DNA from: a virus
Lineage: Duplodnaviria; Caudoviricetes
Length of the DNA stretch: 64,000 nucleotides
Reading direction: 5' to 3' (one strand)
Virus record (IMG/VR): IMGVR_UViG_3300042542_006078
A program made the translations under genes and the position numbers. The notes beneath the pieces were generated by a model. The model searched no databases and had not been told where the DNA came from. It worked only from the letters and a program-made list of their open reading frames with translations. Below, one piece after another: positions 38,659 through 47,049 of this stretch (position 1 is its first letter; each line of letters begins with the position of its first letter).

Positions 38659-38865
38659 TTATGACAATAAAAAATAAATTATTTGCGGTTCTTCTTCATA
38701 AATCTTCCAACATTTGGAAGAATCAGGAAAACTTACCGGATATCCCATCTTCCATTCTAAACTAATTCCAAGCTCATTTTTGCCAAAAGCACAATGTGTC
38801 ATATTCTTGTTCCAACATTTTTCTTTGCTGGTGTGATAAATGTTTCTTGTCATGTTAAATATCAA
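38659..38865 (-). CDS. Small hypothetical protein (probable TTG start, MIFNMTRN...)
   Basis: Overlaps the stop of 38855 gene; its last 29 codons are duplicated inside the 36252-37488 unit. Confidence 0.4.
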   Translation of the reverse strand: MIFNMTRNIYHTSKEKCWNKNMTHCAFGKNELGISLEWKMGYPVSFPDSSKCWKIYEEEPQIIYFLLS

Positions 38866-39064
38866 TTTTTTTCCAATTAAAAGAAAATGCGTGACTCTTA
38901 GACCAGTTGAACGAACAAGGTCTAAATACAAACCAAGAACAGTACCAAGACATTCTCCATGAATTGGATTTACTGGCTATTCTTGAACTAGATTCCGACC
39001 TGCCAGAAGACCAACAGTAATTTTCTGATATGCTTTTAATGAACATGTTCATTTTACTTCCCAT
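38855..39064 (-). CDS. Small Ser/Trp-rich protein
   Basis: YCWSSGRSESSSR...SWRMSWYCSW...NWSKS. Confidence 0.5.
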   Translation of the reverse strand: MGSKMNMFIKSISENYCWSSGRSESSSRIASKSNSWRMSWYCSWFVFRPCSFNWSKSHAFSFNWKKIDI

Positions 39065-39248
39065 CTAAAAAACTAATTTTAGAAATGTTGCTCCAGTTAA
39101 CAGATCTTTTTGCATTGAATACATTTGATTCATAAAAATGCAAAATACCATGATCAGATCGACACAATGTGTCAAAACTAAATCTAGCAAAAGATATAAA
39201 TCCCGTGAAACAAAAACATGAAGACAAATTATTTTTCTTGAAAATCAT
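39054..39248 (-). CDS. Small Ser/Phe-rich protein (MIFKKN...)
   Basis: ATGA-coupled to the upstream gene. Confidence 0.5.
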   Translation of the reverse strand: MIFKKNNLSSCFCFTGFISFARFSFDTLCRSDHGILHFYESNVFNAKRSVNWSNISKISFLDGK

Positions 39249-39475
39249 GATTCAACCACTCTTCCAGAATCTTGAAAAGGGATTTTAATCATCCATTCAC
39301 AACCATTTGCTTCAAGATTTACCACATGAGCAACAATTTCCAATCCAGTTTGATAATGATTACTATCAGAATATCTTAAAGTTTCTTCAGCTTTTGCAAG
39401 AGCCTCATGTCTATTATTCGCAACCACATCAATCGTGTGTGTTTGCGTTGATGTAATCTTTACAGTGTAATTCAT
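39245..39475 (-). CDS. Small DpnD/PcfM-like protein
   Basis: YTVKITSTQTHTIDVVANNRHEALAKA; SD GGAGG before ATG 39475. Confidence 0.6.
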   Translation of the reverse strand: MNYTVKITSTQTHTIDVVANNRHEALAKAEETLRYSDSNHYQTGLEIVAHVVNLEANGCEWMIKIPFQDSGRVVES

Positions 39476-39642
39476 ATGCTTTTCCTCCAAGACTTAGACC
39501 AAGCCCAAGCCCTAGACCTAGACCACGACCACGACCACGACATGGATTTAGACCAAGACTTAGACTTAAAACCAGAACCAGAACCAGAGTAAAACAAAGA
39601 CCAACATTCAATCTGCGAAAAACTATTTGTTCTAAGAATCAT
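39472..39642 (-). CDS. 56 aa Trp/Ser-repeat protein (MILRTN...SWSWSWSRSRAWAWSKSW; not in ORF track)
   Basis: Hand translation; ATGA overlaps at both ends; SD GGAG. Confidence 0.55.
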   Translation of the reverse strand: MILRTNSFSQIECWSLFYSGSGSGFKSKSWSKSMSWSWSWSRSRAWAWSKSWRKSI

Positions 39643-39761
39643 ATATTTTTACTCCAAGACTTAGAAAAAGCCCAAGCCCTAGACCACGACCAATACTTAG
39701 TCCAACGCTGAAGAACAGACCAGCATTTAGATGACCTGTTGCGATTGTGTTTGAATATCAC
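39639..39761 (-). CDS. 40 aa Trp/Ser-rich protein (VIFKHN...WSWSRAWAFSKSW; not in ORF track)
   Basis: Hand translation; GTGA and ATGA overlaps; C-terminus paralogous to 39472-39642. Confidence 0.5.
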   Translation of the reverse strand: MIFKHNRNRSSKCWSVLQRWTKYWSWSRAWAFSKSWSKNI

Positions 39762-39922
39762 AAATCACCATTAAACAAAGTCATGCAATCTTCTGAAGAA
39801 TTAACTATATTCTGCGACCAACAAAAAGATTCCCCAAAAGACCAAGAATTATTCCACCAAGACCAAGACCCCCATCTGTTGTCGGCAAAAGTCCTGCAAC
39901 AACATTCTCCTGTCCTGAACAT
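39758..39922 (-). CDS. 54 aa Trp/Ser/Cys-rich protein (MFRTGECCC...WGSWSWWNNSWS; not in ORF track)
   Basis: Hand translation; starts 3 nt after the stop of 39926 gene. Confidence 0.5.
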   Translation of the reverse strand: MFRTGECCCRTFADNRWGSWSWWNNSWSFGESFCWSQNIVNSSEDCMTLFNGDL

Positions 39923-39925
39923 AAA

Positions 39926-40312
39926 TCACCACCAACTACTATAAAAAACATAAAGTCCATCACCTATTGCTCTTCTAGCCTGATAAATGAAATCAATATC
40001 ATTCCTGATCGATTCATCATCAGGATGATTGTCTCCAAAGAAAAATCCTTCCGTATGAGGAAGATTTCCCAATCTAACATCTTTTTCCAAATCTTCTAAA
40101 TCTTCTAATTTAAGAGAAACATAATCACAATTGAAATCTCCTGTACCACCTTTTCTAAAGAATAGATTTCTCATCCACCCATGAAGATCATGATGCTTAC
40201 GCCAGTAAAATAATTGATTCTTATCGAGCCCTTCCACAAAAATCGGATTAATGTCTTTCATTTCAATAAAATCTTCTTTTTTAATTGAATAAACAAACAT
40301 ATCAAGTCCCAT
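39926..40312 (-). CDS. Conserved phage hypothetical protein
   Basis: MGLDM...YWRKHHDLHGWM...YSSWW pattern common in phages. Confidence 0.75.
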   Translation of the reverse strand: MGLDMFVYSIKKEDFIEMKDINPIFVEGLDKNQLFYWRKHHDLHGWMRNLFFRKGGTGDFNCDYVSLKLEDLEDLEKDVRLGNLPHTEGFFFGDNHPDDESIRNDIDFIYQARRAIGDGLYVFYSSWW

Positions 40313-40965
40313 TATCCACTACCTTTCAAAATCAACTTGGCTTCAGACATATCTAAAAAACAATCATAACCCTCTACCAAAGCACAATACTTACCCTGCC
40401 TAGAATTGTACTCCCTACGATAATCAATACCTCTCTCTAAATCCATAACAAAAAATTTACCACAACGAATTGCAAAACCCAACACAATAGCCTTAGCATC
40501 TAACAATTTACCCAACTTATCATGACGAAAATGTATCCTCCCCAAATCAACCCAATATGTCCCCCAATCTACCATCAACTCAACAGGCCTATCTCCATAC
40601 CTGAAATCAGTCAAATTACTAATCTTGCCTGAAGGCAAAAATTCCCGATCACTATCAGAACCAGATAAATCCAAACCAAATAAATCACCAACAACATCCT
40701 CAATCAACCAACCAAGAACAAGATCAGAACCATACTCCAATACCGACCTCTTATCACGATGACTTATATCCAACATCCGATTAACATATGATAACTCAAT
40801 CTCGTTCAAACTATTAGTCAAAATACCCTTAAATAACTTAAACTTGTCAAGATTAGTACCAGAAAAAACAAGACCACGATATCTGACCAGATAATCCAAA
40901 AGATCTAATCCCTCTGAAACACAAAAATCACGAAGCAAATTCAACTTCTCGCCTATCATGATCAA
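40312..40965 (-). CDS. Hypothetical protein, possible PD-(D/E)xK nuclease fold
   Basis: GWLIED...TDF...VEL spacing; weak. Confidence 0.5.
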   Translation of the reverse strand: MIMIGEKLNLLRDFCVSEGLDLLDYLVRYRGLVFSGTNLDKFKLFKGILTNSLNEIELSYVNRMLDISHRDKRSVLEYGSDLVLGWLIEDVVGDLFGLDLSGSDSDREFLPSGKISNLTDFRYGDRPVELMVDWGTYWVDLGRIHFRHDKLGKLLDAKAIVLGFAIRCGKFFVMDLERGIDYRREYNSRQGKYCALVEGYDCFLDMSEAKLILKGSG

Positions 40966-40971
40966 ACTCCA

Positions 40972-41163
40972 TTAAAATTCGCCTGACCAAAACATAGACC
41001 AACTCCAAGGCGTAGACCTATATAATTGCTTTCCACGAATCCACCATGTCGAACGAACACGCCTGTATCCCTCGATAGTGCGCCAATTGGACATCATTGT
41101 CGATCTAGACCATTCTCTGGATTTATTATGCGTATTTGCCCTAAGAATCATTAGAATATCCAT
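40972..41163 (-). CDS. Small Trp/Ser/Arg-rich protein (..MILRAN...WSWSMFWS)
   Basis: Same N-terminal pattern as 39472-39642. Confidence 0.5.
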   Translation of the reverse strand: MDILMILRANTHNKSREWSRSTMMSNWRTIEGYRRVRSTWWIRGKQLYRSTPWSWSMFWSGEF

Positions 41164-41668
41164 GAATTTCTAAAAAACTACTTATATCTGCAAGAAGATC
41201 AATGTTTTGCTCTACTTTTTCTTTTGGCCAATTCCACCATTCTATTTTCATTAACTGATCTATTATATTTTTTTCAAATCTATATCTAATTATTTTCGCA
41301 GGATTACCCGCAACTATGGCAAAAGGAGGCACATCTTTAGTAACAACTGATCTAGCACCAATTATAGAACCATCACCAATAGTAACACCACCAAATATCA
41401 TCGATTCTGTTCCTATCCAACAATCAGAACCAATTAAAATTGGACCCTTGTCTCTTCCCTTCGGATAACTGGAATTAGGATAATATGACCTAAATCGAAA
41501 ATTGCTCACAGTAGGATTATCCATAGATGCATGATCTATTGGACCACCACACAAAAATGTGACCCTTCTTGCTATCCCTGAATAATTACCAACAGTAATT
41601 TGGTAATTAGGGAAATGCATGATGCAATCTTGAGCAATACTGGAAAGTGTGCCAAGAGTTATTCCCAT
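41141..41668 (-). CDS. Hexapeptide-repeat O-acetyltransferase (CatB/Vat-like)
   Basis: IGSDCWIG...GVTIGDGSIIGARSVVTKDVPPFAIVAGNPAKIIRYRF...IEWWNW. Confidence 0.88.
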   Translation of the reverse strand: MGITLGTLSSIAQDCIMHFPNYQITVGNYSGIARRVTFLCGGPIDHASMDNPTVSNFRFRSYYPNSSYPKGRDKGPILIGSDCWIGTESMIFGGVTIGDGSIIGARSVVTKDVPPFAIVAGNPAKIIRYRFEKNIIDQLMKIEWWNWPKEKVEQNIDLLADISSFLEIHGYSNDS

Positions 41669-41736
41669 GTCGTCACCTCAGCCCCAATCATACCAAAAAA
41701 AAGACGAAAATCAACTCTTTTCTAATATGATTGAGA

Positions 41737-41898
41737 TTATTCGCTGTAAGACCAACACGCACAACAAATGTGACCATTCTGAACAGAAAAAATAGCAAAT
41801 CCAGAGTAAGAACAATGATTGTTCCATGATCTGGAAACCGATATTTCTCCAGACCAACACCAATTGGTGTGATTGTAAGAATTTATTCTAGTAATCAT
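41737..41898 (-). CDS. 53 aa Trp/Ser/Cys-rich protein (MITRINS...; not in ORF track)
   Basis: Hand translation; starts 2 nt after the stop of 41901 gene. Confidence 0.5.
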   Translation of the reverse strand: MITRINSYNHTNWCWSGEISVSRSWNNHCSYSGFAIFSVQNGHICCACWSYSE

Positions 41899-41900
41899 GG

Positions 41901-42353
41901 TTAGATTCCATGCTTGATAGGTTTAATTAGATAAACGACACCAGAATCATAATCTATAAAATCGACGACATCCATTTTATACTTATTCTTTAACCAAATA
42001 TCAAAAGAATTATAAAAGTCTACAATCGAATCATCATAATTTTTCAGCTTCTGAATGTGATCAAGAGGAATTTCAAGTTTAACTTTATGCAATTCCTCTG
42101 GTTCTGTGATATTCCACCTATCAACCAGATCAGTTTCATTTTGCCAAAATTCTTTTGCTTCTCTATCACTCAGAGGAATCCAATTTTTAGCATCATTAAC
42201 CAATGATGAGAAAAACTCATTGTCTGTTTTTTTATTCTCATTCAACCATTCCGCAAAAGAAAATTTATTTTCTTTAACACAATTTGGAACTGTTCTTCCA
42301 CCTTTCTTTTTCATGCCTACTTGCTTATAACCTCTCCAACAAGCCTCATTCAT
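41901..42353 (-). CDS. Phage protein with CWxGYxxxGxKxKGGRxVPNC motif
   Basis: EACWRGYKQVGMKKKGGRTVPNCVKE, a motif common in large T4-like phages; SD GAGG. Confidence 0.75.
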   Translation of the reverse strand: MNEACWRGYKQVGMKKKGGRTVPNCVKENKFSFAEWLNENKKTDNEFFSSLVNDAKNWIPLSDREAKEFWQNETDLVDRWNITEPEELHKVKLEIPLDHIQKLKNYDDSIVDFYNSFDIWLKNKYKMDVVDFIDYDSGVVYLIKPIKHGI

Positions 42354-42404
42354 GATTTTTCCTCACTGACATAAAATACTGGAATTTGTTCCTCTTATCA
42401 AAAA

Positions 42405-43604
42405 TCACGGTGCCCATTTATCATACTTCTCGTCTTTTTGTTGAACCCAATTACGATCATGACCATGCTGATTGATCCTATATGGCAATTCAAAACCAAA
42501 TATTATTTCCATAGGAGAAGAACTAGAATTGTAAATACTACCAGTGTTGTGTATATTAGAAAATAATTTCTTCTGTTCTTCAGGTAAATTTTTAGCCCAA
42601 TTATAATAATCTTCCTGAAAATCCAAATACTTCAACTTATATTTCTGAATATCATTAGCATCATCTACAATCTTATGAATATTATTTCTTATAAGTTCTA
42701 TCTTTTCTAAAACATTTTTATACTCTTCTTTCATGCTCTTAAGACGATTAAAAAATTTATCATTTTCCACAGATTTCTTCCACTCATCAAAATCCATAGT
42801 TGCTACTACATCACTTATTATAACAGAATCATATGACCTATAACCCCTTTCATCTGAACTCAAATATTCACCACCAGTATCGTGAACAGTCTTTTTAATC
42901 TGCTCAATAACTATATCGTCAATGGCTTCATATCCAGAAAAAGGATTATATAAATTAGGAATCTTCTTCACAAAACTTGTTCTGTATTTTATAGGATATA
43001 TCTCAAATTCATAAGAAATATACTTAGAAGGATTCTCTGGAGCCTTTTTGCCCGGAGGAACCATCACCTCGCCCGGATACTTAGGAATCTCAATTTCACC
43101 AGACCTAAGTTTGGCAATAGTATCTTCAAAAGATACAGAACTTTTCATGTTATTTACAGCATCTTTAACCAAAACATTAATTGATATCATACGACCTTTT
43201 TCTACCTTCTGCTCCTTACCTTTATAACGCAAAAATACAGCATTCTTTTCTACCCTATACTCAAAATCATGAGGAATCAAATTGTGCAAATCCACGCAAC
43301 CAGCGCAAACACCGGGATCAACTATTATAGCACCACTATTCTTATCGCTAGGCTTAGTGTCAAACTTGAAAATACATTCCTGAAAATGAAAAAAACAACA
43401 TCGACCTTCCTTACCTCTCTCAGGAAATGCTATTTTATGAACACCTTCAATTTCACCAATTATACCTCTTCTACCTTCACTCCAACTAACCTTTACCTTC
43501 TGCCCCCTCTGCAAATCATGCTCCAATAACTCCTCATATACTGACTCATTCAAAACACCAGCTAACTTCAAGATTTCATATTTTTCTTTCATGATATACT
43601 CCAT
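42405..43604 (-). CDS. Hypothetical protein with LAGVLNES-type leader
   Basis: 399 aa ORF. Confidence 0.7.
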   Translation of the reverse strand: MEYIMKEKYEILKLAGVLNESVYEELLEHDLQRGQKVKVSWSEGRRGIIGEIEGVHKIAFPERGKEGRCCFFHFQECIFKFDTKPSDKNSGAIIVDPGVCAGCVDLHNLIPHDFEYRVEKNAVFLRYKGKEQKVEKGRMISINVLVKDAVNNMKSSVSFEDTIAKLRSGEIEIPKYPGEVMVPPGKKAPENPSKYISYEFEIYPIKYRTSFVKKIPNLYNPFSGYEAIDDIVIEQIKKTVHDTGGEYLSSDERGYRSYDSVIISDVVATMDFDEWKKSVENDKFFNRLKSMKEEYKNVLEKIELIRNNIHKIVDDANDIQKYKLKYLDFQEDYYNWAKNLPEEQKKLFSNIHNTGSIYNSSSSPMEIIFGFELPYRINQHGHDRNWVQQKDEKYDKWAP

Positions 43605-43704
43605 AAAACTATAATCTTATATATCACTTATTCAAACTTTGTAACATGTCCACAACCAAGCTTTTCGTATAAATTCCGACCAGAGATTATATCATGATCT
43701 GTCA

Positions 43705-43935
43705 TCACACAACCCTCACAAATATCTCATTAGACCATTGATGATTATCAGAAAAACATTGCGATCTCGTTACCCAAGATCTACTGAAAAATCTACTCAA
43801 ATCTTGATAAGATGTGAAAGCACAACTACTTGTATGACTGTTAACACGAACAAGAGATTCTTCCTTCCAGATAGAATGCTTCGGTGTATTTGCACTAAAA
43901 TTAATCATAATCCCACAATACCTCAACCAATCCAA
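43705..43935 (-). CDS. Small Ser-rich hypothetical protein
   Basis: FSRSW...QWS; resembles the small ORF family. Confidence 0.4.
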   Translation of the reverse strand: MDWLRYCGIMINFSANTPKHSIWKEESLVRVNSHTSSCAFTSYQDLSRFFSRSWVTRSQCFSDNHQWSNEIFVRVV

Positions 43936-43986
43936 ACCGTAAAACCATAAAAAACATTTTTATACACAAAAATAACTAAATAATTC

Positions 43987-44793
43987 ATGAATAATTTCAA
44001 GTATTGGCTAAACATACAAGAAGGACTAGCTCTAAAAGGAGGATTCAAAGGAAGCTGGTTCCAAAGACTAGTAGCAGCAATGTATGTACTAGCACCAGAA
44101 TCAGAACAAGAAGCAGTCCAACTCTACATAGCACCAAATGGACTAACAAACGCAATCAATCACCAATTCAACCAACTACAAACCAAATACACCCACCACC
44201 TAAGCAAATCCGACCCATTCAAAAGCAGCAAAGAACTCGCCAAACATATAGATGACCAAAAAAAAGCAGGAATCAAAAAACCATCTGTACCTTCATATGA
44301 CGCAGAACTAGGTCCAAATATCACACAAGACCAAAAAGGGCACCCAGTCTGGAATAAAGACCAAGACCAAAAATTCGGATGGGTACACGACCTCTTAACT
44401 CACTATGCCGGTAAATTACCATTCGATGCCCGTGGAGAAGCAAAAGCTTACCTCAAACACCTAAAAACACTACCACCTCATTTAGCACCAATACTATTCA
44501 CAGAAATTATCGCCCAAACATCATACTACTACATCTATGGAGACTTCCCTAAACAAAAAGTAACTATACTCAAAGACTTCGATCACATCAATGTCGGAAA
44601 ACTTAACCCACAATCAAAACTAAATCAATTCTTTGAATTCAAAAACAAAGAACTTATACCCAAAAAAAATATAAAATTAGAAGAACTAAAATCAGTAAAC
44701 CCACTACTACCAACTATACTCAAAAACCAAGAATCAAGATGGCATAACAACGACAAACCTAAACACAAACTCGATACACTAAACCAAAATTAA
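43987..44793 (+). CDS. Hypothetical protein with capsid-targeting-like leader; possible metal-binding VHD..H...GE...H..E domain
   Basis: MNNFKYWLNIQEG after CTAAATAATTC; WVHDLLTHY...RGEAKAYLKH...TEIIAQ. Confidence 0.7.
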   Translation: MNNFKYWLNIQEGLALKGGFKGSWFQRLVAAMYVLAPESEQEAVQLYIAPNGLTNAINHQFNQLQTKYTHHLSKSDPFKSSKELAKHIDDQKKAGIKKPSVPSYDAELGPNITQDQKGHPVWNKDQDQKFGWVHDLLTHYAGKLPFDARGEAKAYLKHLKTLPPHLAPILFTEIIAQTSYYYIYGDFPKQKVTILKDFDHINVGKLNPQSKLNQFFEFKNKELIPKKNIKLEELKSVNPLLPTILKNQESRWHNNDKPKHKLDTLNQN

Positions 44794-45222
44794 TTACTTC
44801 CCAAATGAAGAAAATTTAATCAATATCAAACCACTAAACATCATCAATATACCAACCAATCCAAACCTATCAAACTTAATCCCAAATACCAATATAGGCA
44901 AAAAATAATATACCAATACCAATGTAAAATCATAAATCATGCTAAAACAATATATCTCACTCTCATCAAAAGAAGATGAAGAAGATATAATCCTAACACC
45001 AATAAACCAAAGATAACTACATATACCACCCAATAATACACCTAAAGGAATATACCACCATAAAATATGAAAATCCTTCCTGTAACTAATAAAACATGAT
45101 AAACAATTAAAAAGAAAAGCAAAAAAAAGAATCAAATATTGCATAAAATAATACCCAAAAATAAATCCGCCCACAATAAATGTGAACGGATTTATTAACA
45201 CAACTAAACTAAAATCAATCAT
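44794..45222 (-). CDS. Four-helix membrane protein (SMR/DMT-like)
   Basis: Four hydrophobic segments ending GLVGILMMFSGLILIK. Confidence 0.6.
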   Translation of the reverse strand: MIDFSLVVLINPFTFIVGGFIFGYYFMQYLILFFAFLFNCLSCFISYRKDFHILWWYIPLGVLLGGICSYLWFIGVRIISSSSSFDESEIYCFSMIYDFTLVLVYYFLPILVFGIKFDRFGLVGILMMFSGLILIKFSSFGK

Positions 45223-45541
45223 CCAAAGAAAAGTAAGCCCACTGAGGCTGATATATTAACTCAACTGCATTCAAAGATATCACCACAGATGAACCAATAA
45301 CATCCTCACTATTAGGACGCTCACTATTCGACGCACCACTACTCTCAACTGCCCTAGCCTGCGCCAAAATTAAACAATCATCTGTAACCTTAGACAATAT
45401 ACCACGATAATTAAACCTAGCACACAATACAGCTAAAGGCTGACCCAAATAATCCTTCAAAATACTAGCCATATTCTCACCAGTAGATAACTCAGGAGAA
45501 ATACGACTAAATGACCTCTTAACAGACATTTCAAACTCCAT
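45215..45541 (-). CDS. Small beta-barrel (Sm/SH3-like) protein
   Basis: YRGILSKVTDDCLIL...VISLNAVELI. Confidence 0.6.
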   Translation of the reverse strand: MEFEMSVKRSFSRISPELSTGENMASILKDYLGQPLAVLCARFNYRGILSKVTDDCLILAQARAVESSGASNSERPNSEDVIGSSVVISLNAVELIYQPQWAYFSLDD

Positions 45542-45552
45542 TCTATAAAAAA

Positions 45553-45879
45553 TTAATCAACCACAATCCTCGACTCAGATTCCAAATAATTATATTCCCT
45601 CTGACGAGATACACATATCCACTCACCACAAGGCAATGTCACTACATTATGCTCGTCATGACCAACAGTAATCTCTCTATCATTACTCCTCACATATATG
45701 TCACCATTACTGTCAACATAAGATTCCATCTCCGAAATAGATGGACTCATAATACGATGACTATGACCAGTAACCTCACCATATGCAAGAATATTATCAG
45801 ACTTCCTCTTCATCCCCTCAACAAAAGGAACACTAACTACCCTAAAGAAAATATCACCCTGCCTAGCCTGAAATGCCAT
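45553..45879 (-). CDS. Conserved protein of the RQGD...LAxGExTGHxH family
   Basis: ARQGDIFF...LAYGEVTGHSH...HDEH...RQREY; usually paired with the next gene's family. Confidence 0.75.
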   Translation of the reverse strand: MAFQARQGDIFFRVVSVPFVEGMKRKSDNILAYGEVTGHSHRIMSPSISEMESYVDSNGDIYVRSNDREITVGHDEHNVVTLPCGEWICVSRQREYNYLESESRIVVD

Positions 45880-45890
45880 AAATAAACCCC

Positions 45891-46493
45891 CTATGTCTCC
45901 TGAACAGGATTATAATCATCAGAAGACATTCCAAATGTCCAAGAAACTGCCTCCTTACAACTACTCATCGTAGGAGGTACACACAAATAGTAATTCTTGA
46001 AACTACCATCTGACTCAGGTGTACTGTTAATCACCTTCAAAAATAAAACAGGACCAGAAAAAATCCCAGATACACTAAACAACTCCATACCACTCAAATT
46101 ACATCTATCCAACAAAACACTACCACTACTAGAAACTATCCTCTCATGGCCTATTATCTTCACGCCAACATAACGACACTCAGAATTAGGATGACCCAAT
46201 ACATCCCCAACACTCAATAAATCAGGATCACTCACTGCACGATGAAAATTCGCAGGTATCCTTATACCCTCATAGTAATAAAATATACTACCATGGATAT
46301 CAGCATCTATACCATGCTTCTTCCCATCCTTATACCAAATCACCCTAGTCTTACTTCTCCAAGCAGGACTATCATCAGAATGCAAATTACCCAAATCATT
46401 CACCAAACGAACAATACCACCAGATGTAAATGGAAACTCCTTGGACATATAGTCCAATCTAGCTCTCCATGCAGAATATCCAGTGTTTTTCAT
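45891..46493 (-). CDS. DUF6745-like protein (start 46493)
   Basis: C-terminal LKVINSTPESDGSFKNYYLCVPP...EAVSWTFG; the ORF-track extension overlaps the next gene. Confidence 0.65.
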   Translation of the reverse strand: MKNTGYSAWRARLDYMSKEFPFTSGGIVRLVNDLGNLHSDDSPAWRSKTRVIWYKDGKKHGIDADIHGSIFYYYEGIRIPANFHRAVSDPDLLSVGDVLGHPNSECRYVGVKIIGHERIVSSSGSVLLDRCNLSGMELFSVSGIFSGPVLFLKVINSTPESDGSFKNYYLCVPPTMSSCKEAVSWTFGMSSDDYNPVQET

Positions 46494-46560
46494 CACAATT
46501 ACCCCAACCCACAAACCATTAACCAAAAACAAAATACCACAACAAACCAAATAAGTAAAA

Positions 46561-47043
46561 TCAAACCTTCTGAGCCCCAACAGATTTTTTCTGCAAATAC
46601 TCAATAGCAATCTTATTCGCAAATCCCTTCAAGCTATCAGGTGTAACAGACTTAGGATTAGAAGATATCTGCTGTATCCTACCCTGAACCAATCCCATAA
46701 TCTCATTCTTCGCAACAGGACTCAATATCCCAGTCTTATCATCCCACAATGAATCATCTATATCAAAAATTTCCGAATTAGGAACACTACCACGAGAAGA
46801 ATCAGGAATAGACATAGCCTGCTTTATCAAATTACCAGCATCCTGACGACTCTTTATCAAACTAAAAATCTGACCAGCTAAACCAGCAGCCTGAATAATC
46901 GAATCTATTCCCATTAAACCACTAACAGCACCAACAGCAGTCTGACCAACAGCCCTCGCTACCTGACCAGCAGTTCCTATGTTAGATTGCTGCGCTATAT
47001 TAGCCTCCCTCATAAAAACATAATCGTAAAAAGAAAGATTCAT
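46561..47043 (-). CDS. Hypothetical protein with leader and Gly/Ala-rich hydrophobic segment
   Basis: LSFYDYVFMREA then GTAGQVARAVGQTAVGAVSGLMG. Confidence 0.65.
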   Translation of the reverse strand: MNLSFYDYVFMREANIAQQSNIGTAGQVARAVGQTAVGAVSGLMGIDSIIQAAGLAGQIFSLIKSRQDAGNLIKQAMSIPDSSRGSVPNSEIFDIDDSLWDDKTGILSPVAKNEIMGLVQGRIQQISSNPKSVTPDSLKGFANKIAIEYLQKKSVGAQKV

Positions 47044-47049
47044 AAAATA

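Larger units (their letters stand above)
36252..38749. repeat. Tandem duplication of an about 1.25 kb unit (36252-37488 and 37489-38749) with conserved ends and different interiors
   Basis: Both units start ATCTTGAAATCAAATCCAT and end with a near-identical about 180 bp block finishing GGATATCCCATC. Confidence 0.88.

Noticed and set aside
39429-39611. Track ORF MNVGLCF...GRGRGLGLG
   Set aside because: Alternate frame of the same repeats; the 39472-39642 frame has an SD, ATGA coupling and family resemblance
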